From Amoebidium appalachense (taxonomy: Eukaryota; Protista; Ichthyosporea): a stretch of DNA of 64,000 nucleotides. Positions 41,623 through 53,748 of this stretch are shown here, one piece after another; position 1 is the stretch's first letter, and the number at the start of each line of letters is the position of its first letter. The DNA lies in contig CAVNZM010000017.1 of assembly GCA_963693365.1 (NCBI GenBank), forward strand, positions 3,639,375 to 3,703,374, read 5' to 3'. The notes under the pieces are model-generated. The model made no database searches. It saw nothing but the letters and a program-made list of their open reading frames with translations, and was not told the DNA's origin. The position numbers were made by a program, and so were the translations under genes.

Positions 41623-43930
41623 GATCAACACACGTGGTAGGCTGTTGGTCACCGTGCAGGGTCAGGGCCAGCTGCAGGTCGTAGCTGCGCTGGCTGTTGG
41701 CCTCGAACGCAAGGCTGCCATCCAGCCGCTGGCCCTGCTGCACCTGCACAGGCCGTGGCAGCAGCAGCACCGTCTGGTACCAGTGTGTCACAGCCTGCCC
41801 TGGGCCCGTGCCCAGCACCACCTGCTCCGGTCTGCAACATACGTTACACACACAAGACCATAGTGCCCCCCGTACGCACGCGCACACACACACAGAGCAC
41901 ACACCCTGCACCAAACAGCAGGTCGAACCAGCCGACCAGGCCGTGCAGCATGCTGCCTGCTGGGCCCACAGCATCCAGCAGCCAATCCAGGTCCATGGCC
42001 ACCCTGCTAAGACTGGCCACATCCAATGTGGCCATGTCTAGGTCGTGCCTGCAGGCCTGCTCGGCCAGCAGTTGCCCCTTGTCTACCTGCCCAGTCCCCC
42101 ATACATCAGTATCCCCCCTGTCCTTCCTGCGTACTCCCTGACCCCTCTCCCGGTCTGTCTGCCCAACCTCTCTATACATCAGCTGCCCCCCTCCCCCCCC
42201 CCCCCCCCCTACACACACCACCACCACCAAAAAAAAAAAAAACACCACCCCATCTCCGTCACCCCACCCCCAACCCAGAGCAGGCCAGGCACGCACCACG
42301 TCCAGCAGGGGGGTGCTCATGTGGTGCTGCAGGGCGGCCTCATACAGGCAGCCCACATCCACCCCGTGCCGCTGGCCCCCCTGCCACCAGTCTGCACGGG
42401 CACGCTGCTCCTTCCAGGCCAGCGGGTGGTTGATTGGGCTGGCATACAGCCGACATTTGCTTGGCAACGTCAGCCCCCCTGGCTGCGTGCCCGTCAGCAC
42501 CCAGCCCCTTTATAGCACCAACCCCCGTGCCCCAGCCCACCTTCAGCCAGCGGTCCCGTGCCAGCAGGAACGAGGTGAACATCTGCTCGTTGAGAAGGAA
42601 GAACCCAGCAGGCTCTGAGATGATCACGTCCACAGACCCAGGCACTATGTCGATGCTGCTGCTCTCCACCTGCAACCCCCACAGTTCAGCCCCTGGCCCG
42701 GCCCGTGCATGCCGGGTGGGCGCTACCTTGTCGTGTATGACCGTGATGACGTCAGCATACCCTGCCGCCTGCACCAGGGTGCGTGCATTGGCCGCCATGG
42801 TGCTGGCCTCGATGGCATAGACCCGCCGGGCCCCAGCCTGGGCGGCAAAGATGGACAGGATGCCACTGCCGGCCCCCACGTCTACCACCACCTGCAGGCC
42901 CTGCTCAGTGCCATGGCCCCCAGCTGCAGGGGGGCTGCCACCTTGCCCTCTATGGCGCTCCTGTGTGCTTGTATGGCGCGCCTGTATGTGTCTGTGCGCA
43001 CGTGGTCCTCCAGCATCAGCTGCTGGCTGCCCAGGGAGGCATAGTACCCGTAATAGCGCCCGTCAACCTCGCTGGCCCAGCCGTCAGTATGTCTCCAGCC
43101 CCAGCCAGCCCAGCCCCAGGCCCCTCACCTGCCGTGCTGGCCCAGCCCAAGGCCTTTGGTGTCGTCCAGCGACAGCTTAACTATCTGCAGCACCCGGAGG
43201 TCAGTGGCCATGCAACTAACCCGCCATCTCCTGGTACCTACTTTCTCAAGATCCACCCACCAAGCACCTCCCGGCTACACAAGAGGTCCAGATCCACCCA
43301 CCCACCCCTCCCAGCTACCCAAGGGCTCCAGATCTAGTCACCCACCACCTCCGGGCAGCCACCTACCTTCCAGGCCCCCAGCACGCACCTCCTTTTCCAG
43401 CTCTGCCGTGCCCCTTGCCGTGTCCAGGGCCACCTGCAGTGTCTGCAGCTGGCCCTCTGCAGCCCCCCTTATCCCCCAGTGCCCTCCGTGGCCGTCGGCC
43501 AGAACACTGACCCCGCCGTCAGCAGCCAACCAAAGGGTGGTTGTGGCCGTGACGTAGCAATTGACCAGCACCTCGCCCGTAGTCTCGTCCTGCCCCACCA
43601 GCCGGTACAGCCGCCGCACGTCATAGCCCTCCTCCCTGCAGATCGTCAGCCCCCGTCCCGTCCCCCCTCTCCCCCCCCTCCCCTCCCCTTCTCTCCTGCC
43701 TCTTTACACACGTACCACCTTACAATGGCCCTCACAGACATGTACCTTTTTGCGGTGGGGTGGGGCATGGAGCAGACCAGGGCCAGTGCAGCGTGCTGCG
43801 AGGCGACCTGCAGCCACTGGCCGTGCAGGGCCCCCAGCAGCTCCACGTTGTGCACCCGCGCCACGTAGCTCTCTACGGCTGCAGCCCTGCTCAGCCCAGA
43901 ACATGCCGCACCACACACTGGAAAGTTCAC
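41468..43930 (-). CDS. CARM1: Protein arginine methyltransferase, CARM1/PRMT4-like, multi-exon
   Basis: QQLMLEDHVRTDTYRRAI; VVDVGAGSGILSIFAAQAGARRVYAIEAS; VDVIISEPAGFFLLNEQM; THWYQT; RSYDL. The start codon is uncertain. Confidence 0.85.
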
Positions 43931-44336
43931 CTACAGGCACGTCGTGGTGGGCCTGGGCTGATGGGTGAGGCCATGGCTGCCTGCTGCTACCTGCAAGGGA
44001 GGGCAGAGGGGGAAGGCTCTGCAGTCTGCCGTCCGGGCGTATGTATGACACAGGGCTGGGACTGCCTCTTTAGGAGAAACCTCGACCAAAAAGCTGCGGC
44101 AGTAGCTCGCTGGTGGAAAATTATTGTGCAACGTGTAGCTCTCTACACTCTTTTTACGTGTGCGTCTGTCAGGCCTGTACTGTTTGTAGAGTTTCCATTC
44201 CCCTCCTCCCCCTTTTTAACTCTCTCTATGTTCGAGGCAAGTTCCCCCCTGATTGAGCTCGCTGAGTGAGGGTTACGTAATCGCCTGGGTGAGCTCTCCT
44301 CCAATCAACGACTCGACAGATCTTTGAAAAAAAAAA

Positions 44337-44421
44337 TTTTCTTTTGACTGGATTTATTCACGGCAGGGCCGTGATTTATTCGACGGAAAGATATGCAAGT
44401 ATGCACGGCATACTAAGAAGA
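44337..44421 (-). mobile_element. Distal 3' UTR and tail of LINE copy 3, separated from its body by nested insertions
   Basis: Matches 2845-2915 and continues from the break at ~47620. Confidence 0.85.
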
Positions 44422-44435
44422 CAATAAAAAACTTT

Positions 44436-45412
44436 CTTTTGACTCGGGTTTATTGATCCGTTGATGAAGGCAACGTGCAGCCACAGGCTACATAACCACC
44501 AATAGAACTGAAAAAGCCAAAGCTACGAAATGAAAATAAAGCGACAAGTGACAAAGGACACCAGCGGGCAAAACCGTAAGGTACGTGTATGCGTGAAACT
44601 AGTTTGCTCCAACTGGTCATATGCATCGATGTTGACCAGACCACACTCTGCAAGAAGACATCATTACTGCTCCTTCCCAACAGGCCCCCCTCAAAACCTA
44701 TCGAGGCACAGCAAGCAAGTCAGCCTCTAAAAGAGCAATGCAGACCAAAGCTGAGCTAAAAAACAATCCCAACGCCGCCCGGCCCCTAGATAACCCGGAG
44801 AAACTGCATCTAGCTCACTGATAAGGTGGCCTAGTTGTGGCAGGACACACAGAAAAACACAATTACAGAATGCATGCAAGCAAACCCGGTCATTGCCATA
44901 CGGCTGGAGGCTAAGGACTGGCAGTCACTTGGAAAGCTCCCCGACGACCAAGTAGCCGCCCCTCCACTCACGCAGCGCAGAAGTAGCTGAAGAAGTTGCA
45001 GCAGCCCACCGCCAATAGGTCGCGTAGAAGCGTAGACAGCGTGTAGAAGTTACCATAGGTTGCAGTGGACCACCAGGCGTTGAAGAAACCACTTCTCAAG
45101 CGAGAAACTCCGCGAAAGGGAGATGCCCCCACACTCTCACAGCAGTAGGAATACACCAGGCCACACCACACACACGCTGCAGTCACATTCCCCTGAGTGG
45201 GACTCCCTCCCACCACAAAAAGAAGAAACGAAAGCCTTTATATACCTGCCATGGGGAAAAATCGGGAAAAAAAGTTGACGTGACAGCTAAGAGATCGAAG
45301 TGAAAGTGAAGTCCACAAAAAGAAGAAACGAAAGCCTTTATATACCTGCCATGGGGAAAAATCGGGAAAAAAGTTGACGTGACAGCTAAGAGATCGAAGT
45401 GAAAGTGAAGTC
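44436..45412 (-). mobile_element. Element B, apparently full length
   Basis: TSD CAATAAAAAACTTT at 44422-44435 and 45413-45426. Two ~100-bp 5' monomers at 45213-45412. Tail AATAAACCCGAGTCAAAAG. Confidence 0.88.
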
Positions 45413-45426
45413 CAATAAAAAACTTT

Positions 45427-47618
45427 TTTTCTTTTGACTGGATTTATTAGACGGAAAGATATGCAAGTATGCACGGCATACTGAGAAGACAATAAAAACT
45501 TCACGAGTTATCCAGTAACAAGTGCATACTGAGATACCTGAACACTGTGTGAAAATCATATAAATACTCAATGTGACGACCAACAGAATTCAACAAAAAG
45601 TCTAAAGTGTTCACATTGCCAGCTAGTGTAGCAGATACCCGGTGGGAAAGAGGTAAAACGCGACATAAAAATTCACACCTATCAACATGCTTGCGATTAA
45701 AAAGGTCAGCACAAAAGTGGCACCAGCGGCGATGAAAACAAGAATTACAGCGCCACTGCACAACTTCCCAGGCAATATCAACATCAGAGCACCATACAGA
45801 CTTATCTACTAGGGTGGTATCCATACGTACAGCAGGAGAAATGTATCCTGCCAAAGCTCCCAAAAAGCGATAATGATCAGTACGGTGTTGCCTAAGGAAC
45901 ATAACACATGCCGACTGAGTTTTACCTTTGATTTCTCTATCAGAACGAGAAAGAAACTTATACTGCGTATGGTAATAACGCGAAAAGGCAGAAAAAACAG
46001 GAAGAGAAAAGAAAGAGGGAGTGAGATAGCAAGAGGAAGAATCAGGTGGAAAGAGGGTAGGCTGAGGACATTCAGAAGTAGCGTTGGTGAATCGGGGGGG
46101 AAGAGGGATGGAGGGAGGGGGGGGAAAGAAAGCATAAAGAGGGTGACCGCAGGTAGCCTAACTAAATGAAACAAAAACGAAGAGACAATTCCTCCATACG
46201 ACAAACAGCAGACGACAATTCAAACATACTGATTAAGGGAGGCACAAACCGAGTACGAAACAAAGTGCGTAGCGCAGTACCCTGAAAATCGTCGAACTCG
46301 TTCAGCGCCATTGCCGCCTCGCGAGGTGGGGCGCAGGCCAATAGCGGAAGTCCATATTCGAAAGTCGGCCGTAAAAAAGTTTTATAGTAGAGAAGAAGGT
46401 TCGCAGGATGGATCACAGACTCCTGTTGAAACATATTTGACACGATGTGAAGCTTACCCTTCGCACGAGCGATCCGTGCCGTGAGGAGCTTGCGGAAATC
46501 AATACCCCGTGCAGTAAAAGGAATACCCAAATAGTCATAGGTGCTCTGAACAGGAATAGGAAGGCCGGCCAATCGAAAGGAAGTGTTCTTCGAAAAAGTA
46601 GCACACTTTGCAATTCCGACTGTCATGAGATTCTCGGTGCACCATTGATCCACCTGACGAAGCATCTGGTGCATGACATCTTCGGTTAAGGAACAAAGAA
46701 CAATATCGTCCGCAAAAAGGAGACCCGGTACACGTATGCAGTTGGCCAAAGGGTTCGAGGGCGCAGGCTAAATCGTCAATGAAAACGTCAAACAACAACG
46801 GACTCAGGAGGGACCCCTGCAGAAGACCCCGGGAACGGGAGTGTAAACCGGGTGTTAATGTTCCATTGACCGCCGCGCGTCCGCGAGTGGTATCGAACAA
46901 CGCTTGCAGAAGACGGCCAAAAGGGGCTGGTAAGCCCCGCATAGCCAGCTTATGCCATAACAAACCAGTGGGTACGGTGTCGTAGGCGTTCTTAAGGTCA
47001 ATGAAGACAACGTGTGGTGAGCCAGAAATAATGGATTCATGGAGTAACAGACTGTGAGTATAACACGAATAGGCATGACGAAAGCCCCCTTGAAGGGAAG
47101 AAAGACGGAACACGGCGTTTAAAGAATCGTCGGTGTTAAACGCGCGAAGCATGCAACCCTCGAAGAGCCGACGAAAAACGTTGGTAAGTGTGACGGGACG
47201 AAAGTCGTTAATGACCCCCTGCGATACCTTCTTACGAACGGGCGTAACGATTGTGTCAAGCCACGAATTTGGAATAAACCCGAGTTCGAAAAAAGCCGGA
47301 AAAAACTCACCAAGAAGGACAGCAAAAGGCGGGGGCGGGGGGGACTCTGCACGATTACGGGGCGGAAGCACGGGAGAAAGAACCTTGAAAAGCACCGGAG
47401 GAAGAGCATCCGGCCCGCACGCCTTGCGGGGTTTTAACGCCCGTATGGCACCAAAAACAGCCGAAGAGTTGAAATAACTATGAAAAGTGCCCGGGAACGA
47501 TCGGTCCGGCTCCCAACTTGGCGGCTGGGAGAGGCCAGCGGGCGGTGATGGAACCGTGGACACGTTAGGAAGCGAAAATAGGGAAGCATAATAGTCATCG
47601 ACGGATTCAGCAACGGAG
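45427..47618 (-). mobile_element. LINE copy 2, 5'-truncated (RT + C-terminus), frameshifted
   Basis: Near-identical by eye to 2844-5050. Contains LLFADD. Flanked by ATAAAAAACTT at 45415-45425 and 47619-47629. Confidence 0.95.
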
Positions 47619-47629
47619 ATAAAAAACTT

Positions 47630-48170
47630 CACGAGTTATCCAGTAACAAGTGCATACTGAGATACCTGAACACTGTGTGAAAATCATATAAATACTCAAT
47701 GTGACGACCAACAGAATTCAACAAAAAGTCTAAAGTGTTCACATTGCCAGCTAGTGTAGCAGACACCCGTAGGGAAAGAGGTAAAACGCGACATAAAAAC
47801 TCACACCTATCAACATGCTTGCGATTAAAAAGTTCAGCACAAAGGTGGCACCAGCGGCGATGAAAACAAGAATTACAGCGCCACTGCACAACTTCCCAGG
47901 CAATATCAACATCAGAGCACCATACAGACTTATCTACTAGGGTGGTATCCATACGTACAGCAGGAGAAATCGCTAAGTGTATCCTGCCAAAGCTCCCAAA
48001 AAGCGATAATGATCAGTACGGTGTTGCCTAAGGAACATAACACATGCCGACTGAGTTTTACCTTTGATTTCTCTATCAGAACGAGAAAGAAACTTATACT
48101 GCGTATGGTAATAACGCGAAAAGGCAGAAAAAACAGGAAGAGAAAAGAAAGAGGGAGTGAGATAGCGAGA
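47630..48170 (-). mobile_element. LINE copy 3, short 5'-truncated 3' fragment
   Basis: Encodes ..WCHLCAELFNRKHVDRC..LLLDNS*. Confidence 0.92.
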
Positions 48171-48602
48171 TTAAGAAATTTGACCGAGTATCAAAAATTC
48201 CTTCCGCCTTGTTTGTTTTCTCAAACCGCTCAGGCCATGTCCCATCCCATCTCAATCCTTTTTTTTTGACATAGTCGAGTTAAGTTTATTGCGGCTAGTC
48301 AGGAACAGTCAGGACGTGCCTGGTCATGCCCCGGTCAGGTTCTTGCGGTAGCTGTGACCAAGAGGTGTCCGCCGTGTGCCACTACCAGTGAACTTTGGAT
48401 CCAAAGCAGAAAAGAGTGACAACTCGGTGCAGCTTCCTGCGGGACTCTCCTAGTAGGCCAGAGGCACATGCATAGGGCCGCAGTCCCCAACAAGTGGCGG
48501 GCCTCTAATTAACATTTTTTTTAAAAATTTTCAAGGTTGTGTGGCAGCCTCACAAGTGCAACCTTCCTCCCCGCACCGTACGTGCCACCAGTGCCAGGCA
48601 TT

Positions 48603-48923
48603 ATGCAGGGTGGGTCGCAGGACAGCTTCAGCGAGGGTAGTGCTGGGCCGCAGGCCACTGTGGTGCTGGCCAGGCACTACCAGAAGCTGTGGGACGACAG
48701 CGGCACAGGCGCACTGCTGGACGTCAGCTTCTTCCGCCCGGTGGCCACGGACAGTGCCTTTGCCGTGGGTGATGTGGCCGTGAGGGGGCACGTGCAGGCG
48801 CCAAAGGATGCAGCTGTGGCCCCCTGCACAGCAACATACCTGGTGGTGCAGACAACCCTGCTACAGCCAGGTGTGTGCGTGCACGAGCGTGTGTGGTGCT
48901 GGTGGTATGTGTGCTTGTGTGGT

Positions 48924-48979
<56 letters not shown>

Positions 48980-49383
48980 TCTTTTTTTTTTTTTTTTTTT
49001 GAGGGAGGGTGGGGGGGAGGGGGATCGGTACTGGTTGAGAATGCTGACGACATGGGCACAGAGGGTGGGTCGGTGCTGTTGTTGGCGCTGCCCATAGGCT
49101 ACACTAAGGTGGGCACCGGAGGTGGGAGTCGTGTTTGGGCCCTAAGCAAGCACACACACCAGCAACTACCAAAAAGGCTTTCTGTGCAAGAAAAGCTTTA
49201 CATGTCCATTAGGACACACACGTGAAGGCACACAAATCGGCACACAACCTACATTCAAACACAGTTAGAGGTAGGCGACTTTGAGACGACACATACACAT
49301 ACACACACACACATACACACGCTCATGTGCGCTGAAGGAAAAAACTTACACAGATCCACACAAATTCACGTGCACATACGTAC

Positions 49384-49432
<49 letters not shown>

Positions 49433-50205
49433 GCGCTCACTCACCGCTCGCTCGCTTGCTCACTTATTCACACACTTTAACACACACAACCACAATTACA
49501 GAAATCACACACACACTGTGCGGGTGTGGATGTGGTAGGTGCATTGTATGTGTGGTGTGTGCTCATCGTTCACACTCCCTTCTGACACACCATGGTGCCC
49601 GTGCAGATATTTTCCATTGACAAGGGTACCCACGGCACAATAACACTCTGGAAGCCCGTGGCCCCTGACGGATACGTGGTCTGTGGACCTCCTGGGGTGC
49701 ACGTGTTTGCCTGGTGTGTACGTGTGGTGTGGTGCATGTTTTAGGTTGGTGTGGGGCCATGTAAGTGTGCCTCTATCTGGCCATATAAGTGTGCCTCTAT
49801 CTGGCCATATAAGTGTGCCTCTATCTGGCTGGTTGGGGTCTGAGTTCTGCTGGTGCAGGCACTGGGACTTGTTGTTGGGTTTGGCACGGAGCCACCCGGT
49901 GTGTCTGCCGTGCGCTGTGTGCATGCCAGTGTGGTGGCTTACGGCCAGCTGGCTTTCGATCCCGACGGCAGCTTTGTCTGGTGCGACTATGGCTCGGGCC
50001 TAAGGTCGGCTGAACATATCCCCCTCCACCACCAAAAAAAAAAAGAAAAGAAACGAAAAGAAAAAAGAATATGTATGCTTTCCTGTAATTTCAGATTTAA
50101 TAATTGTTGGTTAGCTATTGTTGAATCTTTTCATTTTTTATACTGGGTACTGCTACCACTATGAGCAAGGTTGTTGGTAGTGGTGGTGGTGGTGGTGAAC
50201 CGGAA

Positions 50206-50236
<31 letters not shown>

Positions 50237-52130
50237 GGGAGGTGGGGGGGGGGGGGGCATTCCGGTTGATATGTATTGTCGGTGGATGAAATGTTTGTAC
50301 ACTGGGCTACGATTCGGTTTGCTGGCCATCAAAGTCGTCTACTCTTATGCTGCACGCTGCTCAATTGCTGCAGTGCTAATGCCCTATCCTTTGGCCTGAC
50401 CCATGGTGCTGTTTCCTGCACCACTCTGATTATGATCTGCACCGATGGCACGTACAGGGGCCAGAGGGCGCTGTGGCATGGGCCGGCAGGGCAGGGCCAG
50501 TCTCTGCTGGTGCATGCAGTCAGCCACTACGACAGACCAACACACAGGGTGTCCTATCTGCAGAGTTGTGGCCCCATGTCCTTTGTTTGTGTTTCGTGCT
50601 ATGCAACATCGGTCAAAGGGACGGGCTTAAACATGTTTCCATATGTCTGGGTTGGTGGCAGAAAACAGCAAAGAAGTATTGGAGATTTGTAGCAACTAAA
50701 ATGGTATACGAGCAACCATATTTGCAATCTATTCGCGTAGCAACCATTGCACCATATCAGGGTTGTGTAGCAACCAACTGCTGTTTAAAACAACCGCATC
50801 TCGTATATGTGTAGCAACAATGTGAAGCATTTGGACGAAGCGTGATTGTGAGCAATGGTTGGTTTCCAGCATGGGCATTAGCACACGACCACATGGCAAA
50901 GCACAGGCAGAGCTTTCAAGCCTTTAGTGCACATAGCCGAGCAAGCACTACATAGCGCATGTGGCTGGGTCATGGCCATATCGCAACACCCAGGCACAGG
51001 GCAGACCCATATCGCAACACCCAGGCACAGGGCAGACTGAGGGGGGCACACACTCACACTAACCCCCCAGGCAGCCAACCAATCACCACCGTCCCCAGGC
51101 CGAAGCTTGCACCACCACCACAGGTATGCTTGTTGCAATGGTTGCTGGGGTGTGTATAATGCGAAACGTGCAGATTCATTATATAAGTGTCATCATTTCC
51201 ATACTCATGAGCAAGTGTGTGTCTCTTTGCGTTCTATCTGATGACTCACGTGTGCGAGTAAGTGTGTGTGTCTGCCTGTGCTCTCTCATGTGTGTGCGTG
51301 CATTTGTTCTCTCTCACAAAGGTATGTGGGTGGGTGTGTGGTGTGTGTGTGCTCTCGCTCAGTATGTTTGTGTATGTCTGTCCTCCCACATGAATCTCAT
51401 ATGGATGTAAGTCTATGTCTCGCCTATGTCCTTGCTTGCATATATGTGTCTTAATTCTCCACACACACGTGCATGCCCTGCCTTCACCCACACGTTGGTG
51501 TGTGCAGGTTGACGAGGGCAAGGATGTGGCCCGCATCACAGGCAGGCAGCTGAGCATAGCAGATACCATCGAATACCGTGAGGGTGGGTGGCCCTGGGGG
51601 TGGGGGGGGTGAGGGGCCATGCTGACATGAGCAGACAGCCGACTGCACGTTCCTGCTGCTGCCACCAACGGGGGGTTTTCTGTTTGCCCGCAGTGTGGGC
51701 CGGGTGGTGCTGCACAATGCATCAGATACGGACACGGAGATCTACCCCTACAGGCGCAGGGAGCAGGGCCAGGGCGGCTTTGTGTTTCTGCTGCAAGGTG
51801 GGTTCCATGCATCCTTTATTGCTTGTTCTGCTCCCCCATTCATTCGTTTTGTGCCTATGTTGCTTGTGTATGGGTAGAGTTTTTTTTTTTTTTCCTTTTT
51901 TTTTTTTGGCCCCTTTGGGGGGAGGGGGGGGGAGGGGGGGGGGAGGAGGGGATAATAGGGCGCAATGTGGTGTTTACTCGTTGGCTTGTGCAGCACACCA
52001 GCAGGTGCAGGCACCGTACCAGGGGGACTGGGCGCTGTGTCTGCGCACACCTGGCCCGGCCAGCCACATCCAGTGCTGGGCCACCCCCCACGACGGCCTG
52101 CCCCTCTTCAACCGCCTGGGCATGCTGTGA
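48603..52130 (+). CDS. Vps62/DUF946-like domain protein, multi-exon
   Basis: YQKLWDDSGTGALLDVSFFRPV..FAVGDVA, then LLLALPIGYTK and LWHGPAG. Last exon QAPYQGDWALCLRT..FNRLGML*. The internal exon structure is only partly resolved. Confidence 0.65.
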
Positions 52131-52395
52131 CCACCAGCGCCAGCCCACACCCCAGCAGCCACCTGCAGGATATTGGTCAGCTGCATGGTGTGGGCATGGC
52201 GTGGGTGCCGTGCATGTGGGCATAGGGCTGGCTATGTAGCTCCACCGAGGAAAGTCCTCTCATTCTTTCAGTCGTACAAGGTCTTTGGATGTGGTGGTGT
52301 TTGGGTTTCTGTCTGTCTACTTCCCTTTCATCTTTTACGAAGTACGAATGCTGTTACCAACATTTGCACACATATGTGCATCCGCCTACACACAC

Positions 52396-52426
<31 letters not shown>

Positions 52427-53748
52427 CGCACACACGCACACACACGCACACGCACACACATAACCACAAACACCCGATATTTTTTTATATTTTTTTTTGG
52501 CGCAGGGGGAGGGGGGGGGGGAGAGAGAGGGGGGGGGGGGGGGGAGGGAGGAGGGTGGGATCCTTTTTATAGATTCTCATTTTTATTTTTTTCCCCCCAA
52601 TACCTGCCAGACTGCAAGCGCTTCTGTAACCTGCTAGCATGAATGAACAAGACATACCACTGGGGTGCACAGTGCAAATACATCACATACCACTGGGGAC
52701 ACAGTGCAAATATATCACATACCACTGGGGGGCATAGTGCAGCTGGATGTTGCCGTGCAGTGCTGCCCCACTGCCGCAGTAGAACCATGCCGGGTTGTAG
52801 CCCACCAGCAGCTGCAGCACATACCTGCAGCACCCTCAGTACCTCCCCCCCCCCCCCCCCCCCCCCCTCTTCCCCTCAACCCCGCTCCCCCCCTGGGGCT
52901 GTGAGGTAGACTTTAAACCTGCACGTACCCCTCAGCGGCCTCCAGGGCCCATATGAAGAGCGGAAAGCACAGGGCCATGGTGGCCGGATGGCCCATAGCA
53001 GCCAGGTACGGGGGCAGGGCCAGAGGCAGGTAAAGCACGTTGCACAGCCACTGGCTCCACGTCTGCAGCAACACCCTGAGCCCTCTGCCTGCCTGCTGCC
53101 TGGGAGGACTCACTCACCGTGTGGCCTGGCCGGGTGCGGCTGAAGGGGGTGAAGTGGGCACGGCCACCGTCGGGGCTTAGCGTCGAACAGGCCGTCCACG
53201 TGTACTCTATGCCCCCGTACACACTGCCCAGCACCAGCCCTAAAACCTGCACGTCCAGGCCCTCAGTACTGTATTCCGTGTGTGCGTGCCAGTAGGTGCA
53301 CGAAACCCTATCGAAACCTGAACCTCGCCCCACAAGCTTTATACCAGGCCCGATACCTTGTCCTGTGTGGTGCTGCCGTAGAACCAGGCCAGGGCTATGG
53401 CCCACAGCACCGTGAAGCCCACCACCGCCCTCTGCAGGGCAAGAAGCGGTCAGCCCTGTGCAACAGGCTCGACGAGTTGGCCTCGACCTCCCCTGTGATC
53501 CAACTCACTCCCTCTTTCCCGACGGTGCCTTTTCCTCACAAACGCATCTTTTCCAGTGATGTCATCTCCACACAAACACACTTCCACTATCGTGATAAAA
53601 TCTTAGCACAAACACAACATGCTCCCCCACACCTCCCCACAGGCCTCACCCAGCCCTTTGTGCTGTGCAGGCGTGTCATCCACACAGGTGGTGGTGGCCT
53701 GTTTGTCTCCTGGCCGGCTGTCGGCCGCTTTATATCATCTTCTGGCAT
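52108..53748 (-). CDS. TMEM229/CmpB-like multi-pass membrane protein, multi-exon
   Basis: GSVYGGIEYTWT; FPLFIWALEAAEG|YVLQLLVGYNPAWFYCG..HGNIQLHYAPQW|WLLGCGLALVV. This fits the TMEM229 pattern E..G..L..W.Y..G.I.L.Y.P.W. Confidence 0.68.

Noticed and set aside
45240-45262. U1 snRNA-like ATACCTGCCATGGGGA
   Set aside because: It lacks ACTTACCTG and downstream U1 structure. It is part of the element B monomer.
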